Source: Phallusia mammillata
Taxonomy: Eukaryota
Direction of reading: 5' to 3'
Assembly: GCA_965637545.1 (NCBI GenBank)
Contig: OZ281495.1
Span: 2,728,001 to 2,792,000 of the forward strand
Length of the DNA stretch: 64,000 nt
Position 1 is the first letter of the stretch, and the number at the start of each line of letters is the position of its first letter. A model generated the notes under the pieces. The model had not been told where the DNA came from. It was given only the letters and a program-made list of their open reading frames with translations, and did not search any database. A program made the position numbers and the translations under genes. This document shows positions 1 through 13,700 of this stretch, piece after piece.

Positions 1-288
1 AGGAAATACAGGATTGGATACAAACTTTGGTCGGTGAAGACAAAGAAATCGCAGAGCAACTCCAACTACTGATGAAGCGATGCTGGGATCAAGATCCAAC
101 AAAACGTCCTACAATGACTGAAATAAAAGAAGAATTGAAAACGCGTTTGGATAAGCAACAAACTACCAAGCTACTTTCTCAAGTTTTGACAACTCTGACT
201 CAAATGGATTTAGACGAGCAACCGCAAGTCAGCGAAAGTCGACGCGTCCCTCTTCACCATTTTTCACCCCGGTCCGGAAGTTTTCACG
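1..288 (+). CDS. 3' end of RIPK-like kinase exon (left-arm copy of unit 1)
   Basis: LMKRCWDQDPTKRPTM (kinase subdomain XI); phase-1 donor CAC G|gtaaat at 289. Confidence 0.9.
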
Positions 289-518
289 GTAAATTAATCG
301 GTCAATACATATAAATTTATTATAATAAGAAGTAACCCCGAGTAGAAGCAGATTTCCTTGCCCGAGACGCTTTGGAACTGGTAGTCAAAACAATTAAGTT
401 GAGAGATAATGTGACAATGTGATCTGTTATATTTCTTGGCGGTTCAGAAGTTACACAGTAACATAAAAAAATCTAAAGGTATTAAGTCGTTTTGTCATAT
501 CACCCATCTATATTTCAG

Positions 519-3500
519 TGCCCTTCACATCGGGTGGAACCGAAGGACGGTTAAGCGAAACAGCGGAGGGCGTACAAGAGTTGCCTTCTTCTCAGCAAGG
601 TAAAAAATCCTCCCAGAGTAAAAAAAAAATAGTAGGATTTAACAATGTCAATTGTTTTTTCGTATAAAACCTTCAGCATCCCCGTACTAGAACTAGGGTG
701 AGATGCTCAGTTTATGAAGCCACCTGACTACTCGCGAGGCCGCACTAACAATTTTGTGTAATGTAATCCCAAGGTTTGGTTCTTACAACGGCAAAACTAT
801 ACAGAGCGCACTTTTAGAGCTAAATGTCCGCAGGTCTTCCATTTCCGATCTGATCAATCAAAACTATTTTTCATTGATTAAACTTTGTTTTATTTGTCGT
901 AACATTGCTGTTTGTTCGATCGTTTTTTAAAACTTTTGAGATTTAAAAAAGGTCAATATAAAGCCGTAACAGCCCTCTGCCAGTTTGTTGTAAAGTCAAT
1001 ATTCGTCTTTTGGCAACCGAACGTCAAACAATTTCACTCGGTGCACAGACGATGTTTCAAATAAATCTTGGTTTTATTTCTCTCGGAAAGCAAGGCAAAT
1101 GTCTTCACTAAATAAAGATATCTATAAGCAATCAACTTTCAGGCCCCTCTACAACAAGTGCGGCCATAAAAAAGACAATTAAACCGATATATGAAGCACA
1201 AGTGGTACGGTCACCATCTTCTTCTCAACAAGGGGAAACTCCTACATCCAGGAAACCGCAGCAACTAGGTATGGGGTGGACAAAACGATAATGGAAATTC
1301 CGATAATTTAGAAAATCATTATAAATTTACCAGTTTTTGTTTTACCTACTTTAAGTCGCGGAACACTTGGCGCATATTAAAATCAATGTCACACTCAACC
1401 AATTGATAACGGACCCACGCAATTATATTTTTAATATTTCACGACGAATCTGTTTGTTACACAAAAATAAATGATGTAAATCACGAAGAAACATTCAAAC
1501 TGGTGATAGCGGAGAATTACTTTTATGAAAGAAAAGCTATTTCTGCCATTTGTGTTAAACTTTGAAAATCACTGCCTTAAACGACAGCAAACATGCGTTG
1601 CCAGTATGGTGGAAAGTCAATATTGGTTTAGCGGCAACTCGTATAACTTTACGAGGAAATAGGTCCGAAAATAAGTTATATATTTATTAAAATATGTATA
1701 GGCGAAAACAAAAATCATTGTAGGTAACACAATAGCACCAATACTTAACCAACAATGATTTATTGTCATTAGCATCAGCCGGCACCTCACAGAAAAACAA
1801 ACAATTGCCTTCTTATGAACAAGAAGAAACTCCAACTAGCAGCAATGCACAGCAATCGGGTATGAGATACGTTGGCTCGTAGGAACTTCTAGTTATTGAT
1901 AAACGTATTGTTACCAAGAATACTTATAGGCAGTGAGAAAAAAAACACATTTCACCCATTTGTTTGTTCAGACGCCATTAGAAACGATGACGAAAAATTC
2001 AACCCGTCCGTACAAAAGTTGATCGCCCGTTTCAACAGCATATCACCACAGCAACCTGCAGGTAACCAATTATGGACACGTAGAATCAAATAATTGGGAC
2101 TTGTGTGCTTGTTTTGAAGCTTATGACCTGACTAACGCAAATGTGTGTGAACGACCGCGATTATGCCTGAGCCGGTTTAAAGTTATTTCTCGTAACATCA
2201 ATAAACTTAGCTTTAGTTAAGCAACAACCTGACAGCTAAGCAGTTAGGATGCACGTAATTTCGTAACTGGGATCAACCCTCAAGCGTTTATTCAGATCAG
2301 TGATAACGGCGTAGTTATAACTAAATCACTAGGATCAGTCTTTTAAACGCGGTATACCAAACCAGCCGATCATTCCAAATGGCAAGGGCTCTGATGGGAC
2401 TCGAACCCACGACAGAGTCTTTCTTGGACTTGCAGGCAACAGTGCTTGTTTCGATATTTGACGGGCTTACCGCTGAACTTGTGAAGTTCAGTTGGTTCAT
2501 ATTATTCCACAAAGAGTCCAGATATCCAAAAAATAATAAATGAAGTAAATCGCGAACATTCAAACAGGTGATAGTGATTACTTTTCTAAAAAAGTTTTTC
2601 TGGTCCATTGTGTTAGAAGTACCAGGATATGAGATGCACATGTTACCTGGACCAAAAACGCTTTAAAGAACCTGCTAATCTAATATATTCTATGCCCCCT
2701 TCCAATTCTGTAAACGAAGCCCTGCGATTCTTCCTAACTTTTCCATAGGCTAATAAACATTGTATCAAGTTAAATATACTCTATATATAAAAAATAACCA
2801 CGACGTAAAGTCAAATCGATATAGCAAATCGACCTTTTACTAAACGTCCCTCAAAACACTGCTGTCTGCCGACCGGAGGTTGACCAATCATAGGCCAAAA
2901 CAATTTATGAAGGTTACTGGGCACATCCGAGAGCGACAACTATTTATGCGAAAAATCCAGCGAGGTAATGCGAAACAAAGCACGCAACTAGAACGAACAG
3001 TGAAATAAATCAAATAAGACAATATTACGTGAAAATCTGCAATTGAGAGAAATAAATAAATATGTAGCGCTGAAAAGGTAACATAAGGAAAACACATTGG
3101 AAGGTTACCTACAGAAAACCGTCCTACTTCCAGCAGCTCATCACCACAGCAACCTACAGGTAAACCAATCACAGATAAAGTCGTGCCCTACGCGTTTGAC
3201 ATGAAAACATAAGTTATTTACCAGGCAATTAATGTTTCGTCCTCATTTTAGTTCTGTGGGGTTTGACAGTGCCTTAAACATTATTTGCAGCCCGACAATG
3301 CATTGCTGTTGCAGTCGGAAAAGCGATATTGTGTTAAAAATATAATGATTGACGCGATTTTAGTAGGTACTAAGCAGAAGAAAAGCGTTAACGCTTTACA
3401 TGTGTGTTTGTAAAAGACTCGGTTTCGGACGAATCGCAAAAAATTATTCGGCCGAAACCGAATCTTTGCAAAAGTAGCCGATTCGGTTGAATAAATTCGA

Positions 3501-6500
3501 CAAACCGAATATTCGGTACATCTCCAGTTAACACGTTACAGAGCGCTAAAAAGTGTCGGGTACAGTTAGTGGATAGTGGCATTATGCATTGTATCTACAC
3601 TGTATTATGAGGTGTTATGTGACAGGCTCACAGGAAAGTGAATGTGGCGCAGAGTGGGAATCTCACGACTGAAAGGGGTCAGGGGGCTCGATGGAGGAAC
3701 CAGTCGCGAGGCTCTACAATCTAACCACCTGTGATTTATTGTTTTTGATAAAACTCGACTTAACATCATGTCTTATTGCGTAGTAACAAACTTTAACGTT
3801 TTATCATGAGCTAATATTCAAAAAAAGACAAAAAAATTAAATTTTCTAAAAAAGGTTTTTACCTCCGAAGTCAGTTTGTTTTGCCATCGTTTTCCACAAT
3901 TGTTGGTGCCCCAACCCGTTTGGCCCATAGAAGCTTGTTCATGTCCACTAGATATTGGCTGCACATGGTTCCAAAATCAATATCCTCATTATGATTCAAA
4001 ACTCTACAAACAAAAATTATAATTTAAAAATTTGGTCTTGACATTTGCTATTGATCGAGATGTTAAAATGGAATTCGTGAAAAATCTGTCTTACTGTAAA
4101 TCCCAAAAAACATTTTTTGTTAAACTATTTTGTTTTACTTGGAACATATTTCAACAACGTACTTTTCGTTTATCGTTTAATGGCAAATCGACTTAAAAAT
4201 ATTCGTCTTTATTGTGGTCAGATGTGGAGGTGTTACGACGAATGGAAGTTACTTATTCCTACGAACCAGGAAACGCCGATGAACTGCAATTGAAAGTTGG
4301 TGACATAATCGACGTGTATAATGATGTGGGTACCTATGGTTTAGTATTTATTGGATCCCAATGCTACATTTTCACTACAAAAATAAACAACACATAAAAA
4401 ATGTGAAATACCATGTTATAATGTACAACGTTACACCTATTTTGTAATAAAGCGATTAATGAGTCCACAAGACCAGTTTCTACAAAAACGGTTACACTAT
4501 GGGGGAACAATTATTTCTGATTGATGTAACATTGTTTGTCTTTTTTTACCAGTCAAGTGATTGGTCAAGTATTCTAAACAATGTTAATTTAAAAAATGTT
4601 TACCAGTTTCATGAACATGGGTAAATTCTTGGGTAAATTGGTAGAAAATAAAACTTTAGATAGGTTATAAAGCTTTTGTGTCAAACTTTTTCTGCTTGCA
4701 ATTACACAGGAGGAGGAAGGTTGGGCCAGAGGTCGATGCAACGGAAAGGAAGGAGTTTTTCCAACAAACTACGCCACCACTCTTGAGGAACTTGACTCAC
4801 CAACAACATCAGCAGCATCTCAAAACACTGAAGAATCAGCTCAAGAAGAAGCAAAAAAGGCAAGTAATTTACTGAAGTTAAATCCTTATGTTGGATTGTA
4901 GATTGGAAACCTACAACGGGCTTTTTATCTTAAAACTGTAATCTTGTTTGGAAGTTTATTAACTGTGCCATTTACATTGGGTCCTATAGTTTCAAATTCT
5001 GTTTAAAAGCCTGATTGTTTCTGTAGGAAGAAAGCTTCACCGTGTCCTTATAAATATTGCTGTTTATTAAATATTTTCGTTCAATCCTATATAGCTGTGG
5101 ACTTTTTTAGAGGTTAAACCAGATAGCGCAGTGTGAAGTGTTTTAAGGTCAGTCGTGGACACCGGTTAGATTACATTTGTTCCATTGCATGTAATGCTTA
5201 CTTATAAAGTGAACTTAAAAACAGATGTGGGAAAACTTTCGTTGTAATATATATTTTTATACCCAGATATTGGAAATCAAGGAAGTGAAAAATACAGGTA
5301 AGTGTAAGAGATGTATGGATAGAAATGAACGAAAGCGTTCATGAGAAAACGAATAATTTCCAAACGAGTAGAATGTTGGTGTACAGTTTTCATATCGTCG
5401 CCTGATTGACATTTTGATATAACACAACTTGACAACTATTTGATTTTCTTACTTTCATAAACTACAAAGCCTTTCACCAGGATAAACGAGGCCCTTATCA
5501 ATTTTTAAGTGCGACGAACCTTCCTACAGCATTATTCCATTTCTGATGAAAATTTCAAACTTTAATGTTTTGCTGAAAGTAGATTAGACGAGAAAATAGC
5601 AACAACATAAACTAGTCGATTTATATCTATTGGTTTCATTCCAGGGCTTACCGAACTTTAACTCGCCTTTATAATTTGTAAACGTTTTTAAACATACAGT
5701 AACCCGTCAGCGTAGGTTGGCCTTTTCGCTGTTATGAAGCTTACGCAGCCAACTCTCAACTGCACTTGCAACTGTTTAATATGTGGAGTCTTACGCACTA
5801 TATTTTAGTGGAAAGTTAATATTTGACAACTCAAACAAAATCAATCCGGCACTTCTTTAGCAAATAACCTATGTTTATAAGTAATATTCTTCTGTTACAA
5901 AACGAAACAATACAGTATAAAAGTGTCTAGTAGTAAACCACCAATATTTTAGTGCCCTCCACATCAGGTGACACCGAGGAACGATCAACCGAACCAACAG
6001 ATGGCGCAAAAGAGCATGTACAGTCATTTCCTCAACAAGGGGAGACTTCCACCAGCAGCAGCCCGCAGCAACTGGGTATAACATGCATTGACTGGTTGTA
6101 ACTTCTATCAATCGTATACCAATGCTGAAAGTTACATTGTTGAAAGTTTTCACCCTTTTTTGAAGAACAATTACAAAATCAAAAATAAATTTGATTTTGT
6201 TCAGATCCCACCAGACGTGGTTCCAAAGGACTGTTTACGACGGTACGAAAGTTTATCTCACGTTTGAACAGAAAATCACCACAACCACCAACAGGTAAAC
6301 TAATCACATTATGCACAAAATGATTGCAAATCGTGTGTTGACATTTAGCGCTTGACTTCTCAAATCACGATTTTTCGTTTTCATACTTAAGCCTCAACCA
6401 GTTCTGCAATAAAAATCCCGGTTTTTGCATCTGACATAGTAATATAAAGTTGTTTTCGTATTCAGCCTATAGTTAAAAATCGTATTTCAACAGTTTGGCA

Positions 6501-6858
6501 AAATATTACGTCATATCACACATTGCTAAGCTGCAAATCATTTTGTGAAAACAAATTCAAGTCGTTAAAAAGTAGCCAATAAATTAAGCTCACAAATAGT
6601 TATGTGGCCATAATTACACTGGGTAACTGGACAGTTTGTAACAAAACGTTTCTGTGTCTTTGTCACGTTGATAAAATAACTAAACACGACTGTAGGATAA
6701 ATTAAAGTCTATTTGTGAAACCACTTATATTTTAGTGCCTTCCACTTTAAACAACACCGAGGAACGATCAACCGAACCAACAGAGGGCGCCAATGAAGCA
6801 GAACAAACTTCTATCCAACAAGGGGAAATCCCCACCTCCAGCAACCAGCAACAACCAG
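519..6858 (+). CDS. Left-arm copy of unit 1 linker and SH3 exons (519-599, 1143-1268, 1773-1859, 1972-2061, 3115-3159, 4222-4325, 4710-4859, 5267-5297, 5953-6075, 6205-6294, 6736-6858); no TPR exon on this strand
   Basis: Mirror of the unit 1 exons; AG/GT (one GC) boundaries and open frames read by hand. Confidence 0.7.
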
Positions 6859-7877
6859 GTATGAGATACATTGAACCGTTACATTGCGTAGTTATGCCGG
6901 TAACGTTTGTTATAAATTTTTGCATTGAACCTTTAACTTCTGTTAAATAATGCCAGGGTGCGGAACTTTTTTGTTCGCGAGCAATTTGTATTCCACAATA
7001 ACTCGTTTATCACAGAGGTCGAATAGAAATTGAGTTTTAATCATGTTACCCCTATTTAAGCCTTAAACCGTTATAATTGGGGACCCCACTTTTTCCCTCA
7101 AGAAGTCGATGATTCCACATGTCAAGACGAGCAAAAACGTTCTTTTTCTAAGGTTGGCAATGAAATGTAAGCCACAAGCGTCCGCTGCCAGTTTGCTGGA
7201 AAGGCAATATTTGTGTAGCGACAACCAACACCTCAAAATATTTCACATAGTAAAAGGGCAGTTTGTCACAAAATCGTTGGTGTTAGTTATTACTTTAGAA
7301 ATAATTTAATACTATCTGGACAAAGAATTTCAATCTTGTAAGTTAATTTGACTTATGGTACACAATTCAACCTAGGTGAAACCACAGACAGCGGATGTTT
7401 TGACACATTATGTTCAATTAAATTGTGGTTTTAGGTTTGTTTGTAGCTACTTAAAAATTCTCGAGATGTGATTACCATGGCAACATTAGAAAATTGGCCA
7501 TAAGGTTTAAAAACTTCCCACCACACAGAAAACTCGCCACGCTAGTATATGAACCATTTAACTGTTTCCGCTACCTATCGTCCCAACAAACCGCGGAAAT
7601 CAAAAGCATGTCTTATTACCCACCAGAATTTGACAGACATTTAAAGGCCACCCAAAGTTTACCTTCCCCTCTTTTTTTATTTATGGGCTTTTGCATCGAC
7701 CTCTAGTGGCTAAGAAAAAAACAGGTTTTAAAAATCTTCCACTCACATCATCGATAATCACCAGCACAGCATTTCACGACCCGTTTCTAGCCGGATGGTT
7801 TTTCCACGACCCGTTTCTAGCCGGATGGTTTTAAGCCAATTTGGTTTCAGTGGCTAAATCCAAGCCGACTATGTTTA

Positions 7878-8247
7878 TGTCACCTTCAAACAATCCCATA
7901 ACCATTCACCATGGCTGTCATGTTTTGATTTTTATGTTGAATCTGTCCACATGTTTGCATATCTTTAACTTAAACACTTCTTTTGGGACCAAACCCAAAC
8001 ATTACTCTTTATCTTTAGTTGGTACTTGGTTGTCTACTTGCAAAAATACACAACTGAAATGAAATCAGTTGTGATTCGTGCTTCAAGCTTTGAACCAAGG
8101 GTCAACCATATATAAAGTGTAATGGTTTGGGTTGTGCTAAAAAAGAAGTGATAAAGTTAAAGATATGCAAACATGTGGACAGATTCAACATAAAAATCAA
8201 AACATGACAGCCATGGTGAATGGTTATGGGATTTTGTAAAGGTGACA
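7878..8247. mobile_element. Fold-back/MITE-like element, ~135-bp imperfect inverted arms (mirror copy 14644-15013)
   Basis: 7878-8011 is the reverse complement of 8111-8247 (outer ~90 bp near-perfect); no TSD identified. Confidence 0.7.
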
Positions 8248-8774
8248 CACAAAGTTGAAATTACTAGTGACTTATATACAGGCTCTATGTAACATACAAG
8301 CAAACACTGACATAAGTAACAACATTGTTTTTGTTTTATTTAAAATAATGCTGGTAATCACAGATGTTAATGTAATTGTTAAAGTACATTAAAATTCATG
8401 ACAAACACTAAAAACTTGTGTAGTAATAAAAAGGTGAAATGAAAATGACATGTTGAAACAATGGTATACATAAAAACAACAACAACAAAATTTGGTTATA
8501 TGTGTAAGAATTGGTGGAGGATGTGCACACAAAAAATGGCATATCAGACGCTTATGACAAATTGAGTAAATCACCTGCATTTGTAGTTTACTAAACATTG
8601 TGTGATGTACTAAGCTGGGCAACATACAGGGATATGCATAAAAATGGGTATTCCAAATAAAACATGTGATATAAAGCAACTGTACAAAAGTTCTACAATC
8701 CATACAAAGGACTTTCCATGTCAAAACACTTTCTCTAAAGAAAATTTCTTTTGCTTCTCTTTTTTCCTGTGTTT

Positions 8775-8974
8775 NNNNNNNNNNNNNNNNNNNNNNNNNN
8801 NNNNNNNNNNNNNNNNNNNNNNNNNNNNNNNNNNNNNNNNNNNNNNNNNNNNNNNNNNNNNNNNNNNNNNNNNNNNNNNNNNNNNNNNNNNNNNNNNNNN
8901 NNNNNNNNNNNNNNNNNNNNNNNNNNNNNNNNNNNNNNNNNNNNNNNNNNNNNNNNNNNNNNNNNNNNNNNNNN
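8775..8974. other. Scaffold gap (200 N)
   Basis: Run of exactly 200 N. Confidence 1.
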
Positions 8975-9294
8975 TGTGGCCCGTGCGAATCATTTTTAAA
9001 CATATCCGGCTTGAGGGATTAATCCTAAATTTACTTTTTCAGGATCCATGATTGAGATTGATGACAAATGTGATTATATCTGAGCTTCTGGCAATCAAAA
9101 TAGAGTTGCAGTTTACTTGTGGAAACTCGCTGGTTTGTGAAAATGCACAGATGGTTGTGTTTGGTCCGATGCAACTTATAAAGGTGTGTTGTTTCTTGAT
9201 ATTAACTAAAAATTATGGTAATCCTGAACGGCAGTCCTAATGGCAAAGTTCAGAACCACATTGGATTTTATGGCACATTTCGCCGAGATCTCGG

Positions 9295-9580
9295 GTGTGC
9301 ACGAATTTTCAGGTGTGCAAGTGTGCATGACCAAATATTAAGGTGTGCAAGAACCAGTTAAGTGTGCACCTCATCAAGAAAAAGCTAACCGATTTACAAA
9401 TATTTAACAAAATCCCAAAATAGCCTTGCAATGCAATTGCGCCACTGGTTAACTAATATAAAACGAAAATTTCGAAGGCGGATTTTTTTTAAAGAGAACA
9501 AACACACAAGGTGTCACAAACCTAAATAAAGTCTCAAGTGTGCAATCAAACTTGAAAAAAATAGTCTCAGGTGTGCAGCT
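9295..9580. repeat. Cluster of GTGTGCA motifs, probably subterminal repeats of a DNA transposon remnant
   Basis: At least six GTGTGCA copies in under 300 bp. Confidence 0.4.
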
Positions 9581-9858
9581 GCCATACTATCCATACTGGG
9601 TTCAGAATACATCAGAAGTTTTGAAAACTAATATAAATACAATTGTAACCCAGTACATCTGGAGTTTTTTATTTTCACACCCAAGCCTCATCACTTCAAC
9701 AAATGCTTTTTGAGTTTTTTATTAATTAAAAAAAAATGTCAAACCTGCAACTTTCTTACCAAAAATTCTTTGTTTTTTTAGATTTGATCTGGGAAATGAT
9801 GCTCTGTGAAATATCTCTTGAAATTTTTGAATTCTCATCAAATTTTTGAAAAGTAAGT

Positions 9859-9864
9859 TTTATT
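9859..9864 (-). terminator. Candidate polyadenylation signal of unit 1
   Basis: AATAAA on the minus strand 154 nt after the TPR stop; the same context is conserved at 38460-38465 in unit 2. Confidence 0.55.
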
Positions 9865-10017
9865 TTTACATTTGTACCAAAAATCGTCACTAAAATACAG
9901 CAATTGTGCACATAGATGAGAAAATGAAATAGTAATTTTATTTACAGTAAAAAAGTGAACTTCTTCCACAATAATTCTGTCACTGACAAAACTTTCGTTG
10001 TTTTGTAACAAACTTAA

Positions 10018-10778
10018 TCACTTGGTCAACTTCGCTTTGCTGTTTTGCAATTTCCTTTCACTTATTGCAATCAATTTTTCTCGTTGTTCCTCAGTTATAT
10101 CCTCCGCTGTTTTGTAAACTTCGATCGCTTTTGTGTAACATTCGATTGCTTCTTTGATTCGTGAAGTTGTCTCACAAACAGCACCAAGATTGTTCAACAA
10201 GTGACCGTAGATGTAATACTTTGAACTTTCATTCCCGAACTTTGTTTCCATAAGTTCAAGTCCAAGTTTTATTGTTGTTTCACTCGATGCAAAATCACCG
10301 ATGTGATGTTGACTCACTTCAATGTGATGCAAACACCGAACCTCCTTTTTACATCGAATTTTTTCATTTATTTGAAGGTCACGGATTTGCTGAACCATGT
10401 CACGCATCAGTGGGATCACGTGATCGCGCACGATTTCTATGTTTCTCGACTCCGAAGATGAATCGGAATTTTTCATCAAATGTTCGATTGTTTTTCGAAT
10501 TTCCATCGCACAACCCACTACACTTTTCGCTACAGCGGAGTCGGGATTTTTGTTTGCATAGAAATCTGCGGCAACGCTAAACAACAAAATGGCTTCCAAA
10601 TATTCGCCGTCATCTCTAAATTTTGTGGCTTTTTCTTTCAGGTTTTCTGCAGTGACCCCTGGTTGACCAGTGATTGACCTTGAAAGTTGTTGTTTTGTCG
10701 TTTTTGCTTCGTCATATTTTTTTGTTTTTAATAAATCAACATAATTATCAATACGTTGATTGAATTCGTCAGTTTGAT
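10018..10778 (-). CDS. Unit 1 terminal exon, TPR-like helical domain
   Basis: Acceptor ttctctgcag|AT, phase 1; 59 open codons upstream of the ORF-track start; TPR motif YGHLLNNLGAVC...EAIECYTKAIEV. Confidence 0.88.
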
Positions 10779-13700
10779 CTGCAGAGAAACAAAAAAATAA
10801 TGTTTTTTTTTAGTTTCATGAAAAAAACAGTCTATTATACTTTGACATCGGTTCATGTAAATCAAAAGTGTTTTGAAAATAAATGTGTTTTTGAGTGTTA
10901 CGGTAAGGAACAATTATTTTAGTAATTAATTTATTTTAAAATCTAATCATTAAAAAACGATTGCGTGTTAAAATTTAAATCAAAACGTACGCTGTTAGTC
11001 TGTGTGACGTAATAACTAGGTTGTGACGACAAATGCTAAGTAACGATGCAGTTGTATGTTTGTTTTTATTTTGAATTGGGGATTTTTTTTCTCCAACCTG
11101 ATATCTGATTTCAAAGAAAATTGGATTTGCGTACAAAATAAACTTGTCATTTTTTTTTAATTTAAGCTGTTTAATTGGTTTTGGCATTGATTTTATCTTG
11201 GACCGCGGAAAATTACAAAACGTCTGTTGTGTAAATGAAACTGTTTGAAAACCACTGGCCTACAGGTATTTGAAAAAGTCAGTAGGCCCGACATAAGTGT
11301 CAATATAATGTTGGTTGGCCTTCACAAAATTAAACGTTCCCTATCCCTAAGCTAAACAAATAAAGTGTACAAAAAACTTAACAGATTTTGAACTTTACCT
11401 TTTGGTGGTCAGATTAAGTTCGCATTGTTTCATCACAATAATAATAATGTATCACACTTTGAGGGTGAATAAAACAAAAAACTTTATATTTTACAAGATA
11501 TTAATATTTTATCTGCTAATAACGCTGTGGGCCACGGAACATTGTGGACCGCGGGCAGCGTGTTAGAGACCTGTTGTCGAGGAGCGCGCAGAACAATTTG
11601 CATGTGAACCTGAAGCGCCAGACTGCTTCGTACCAAGCTGTGAGATAGAGGAGTCCTAGTAGGGCAACGACCTTTCTCTTGTTTCGGTGTTGATTTGCCG
11701 TGTCTGAATACAGTTAGCTGATACAAATTGGTTTGATGCCTTAATTTCCGTCGTTGCTATACAGGTTTCCCGGAGTGCAGTTTTGGCAAATATCTTTACG
11801 GATTTTTATTGCCCGATACTTTGTCGCGTTTTCATGGTAGAAAGTGTGAGTTGGACAACGGTCACGGCCTTTTTCGAATGAGAAGAGGTAAATTTGAAAG
11901 AAAACGCATCTGACTCATTATAGAGCAAAATGTCATATTATTTGGGACATCGTATCAGAGTTGCAAACGGGCCTGAAATTTCAGCCCGAAACCGGCCCGA
12001 ACCCGAATCGTTTTTTAGAAACCCGTTTAGGCCCGAAAGTTTAATTGACAGGCCTATACATTAACAAACAAACACAATCAACAATTGGTCTTGAACAAGG
12101 CGATTTAGGGTTGTTTGGCAATAGGCCAGGACCAGCAGCTGGCTACTCAGCTAGTCAAACTAAAAAAAATGGCACAGAGTGTAAAGTCAGGTCCGAATCA
12201 AGCCCGTTAATTTTAAGAAACCTAAAACCGAACACGTCCCGAACCCAGACCGAAACGCAAAAATTTACAGTCGTTATTGAAAAGAGTGGTCATACTCAGG
12301 CACAATAAAAGCTCCACCACTTTGCAGCCTTGCCTACACTAGAAAAAATGTTGGCTTATATTAGGCCAAAGCGGCTTGTCTTAAGCCAATTTGGCTTATA
12401 ATACGCCAAAAAGTACAATTGGCTAAATTTTAGCCTTGAAAATGGCTTATTTTAAGGTGGCCAGATCCAAGACACTTGATTGGCTCGAAACAAGCATTCT
12501 TGGCTTAAAGACGTGTTGCTTAAATCTGTTGGCTTGAAATAAGTCGCAAACCAAAACAAGCCGGCTAACTGTTAGCTAAAATTGGCTTGTTTTGCCCATG
12601 ACAGATTTAAGCCACTTGGTTGGCTAGAAATTAGTCAAACAATATTCTGCTTAAATTCGTTGGCTTGTAATGGGCCGTATTCCAAAAAGGCATCATTCAA
12701 GCTTAAAAAACCGCCCGAATTTAGTCCCGGATGTATAGCTAAAGCTAATGATGAACACAAATATGTGGCATCAAATATTCTGTCTGAGTTTTTAAGGAAT
12801 ACAGACCTTCGTTGATTTTTTTTCGCATGCAAATCATCGGCATTAACCCGATATATTTTTTGTGGGGATTTTATTTTATAGTATAATTGGTATAATAGTA
12901 TAATTTTTTTGAACCTAAGAAAAATACCACAGAAAAATGTTTTATTTTAGTTTGCATCAGAATCACCATTTTTAAAAATCTACTTTTAATCGTGTTGGTC
13001 CGGATTTACAATTATCGGGGTATTGCGCAACGTTGCGTCATCTGCCTCGTGCTGATGGCTGTTTTAAGTTCGCACTTTGTTCGTGTTTTTAAAGGAGTTA
13101 GGGTTTGTTAATATTTTGGAAAAAAGTCATAATAAGTATAAATAGATTTAATAAGTATAATAGATGTGTATGTTAAAAAATAAAAATGGAATTGGCCAGA
13201 AACGGAACGTGGTTGCGAAAGCTGGGAATACAGTGAAGACTGTTTGCGTCAACTAAAAGGTAAATTTTTGGGTGACACTAAAACGCTGAATGGGCGGGAT
13301 GGGCGGGACGTCGCGGAAACCGCTCAATATCGGGTAAATTGCTGACGGTTAGTGCTATTAGGGTTAGGTTGAGGTTTTATAATAGTATATGAATCAAAAA
13401 ATGTCCCTGCTTAAAACTTATTCAACTATTTCCTGACATTAGGCAAAAATGCTATGGCGGGACGTCGCGGGAGATGGCGGGACGTTTCGGGCGCGGAATG
13501 TAGTGTTCGGCGGAATTTTTTTTAATGATTTTCTATTATAAAACCTTATCCCAACCTTAATAGCTCCAACCGTCAGCAATTTAACCCGATATTTAGCGGT
13601 TTTCACGACGTCCCGCCCTCCATTCCGCCCGTCCCGCCCATTCAGCGTTTTAGTGTCACCCAAATTTTTCATTCAGGCTTTGAGAAGAATGAACATATTT

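Larger units (their letters stand above)
1..8774. repeat. Left arm of a large inverted duplication (reverse complement of 14117-22890; continues past window start)
   Basis: Mirrored ORFs pair with start+end = 22891 and identical translations; at least one mismatch (1500 vs 21391); arm stops exactly at the N gap. Confidence 0.97.

Noticed and set aside
2894-2964. Candidate exon AKTIYEGY...TTIYAKNP with ITSM-like Tyr motifs
   Set aside because: Phase 0-2 does not fit the phase-1 array, the acceptor is weak, and the motifs lack the V/I at +3.
8389-9051. Long ORFs through the N run
   Set aside because: Artefacts of translating the gap.
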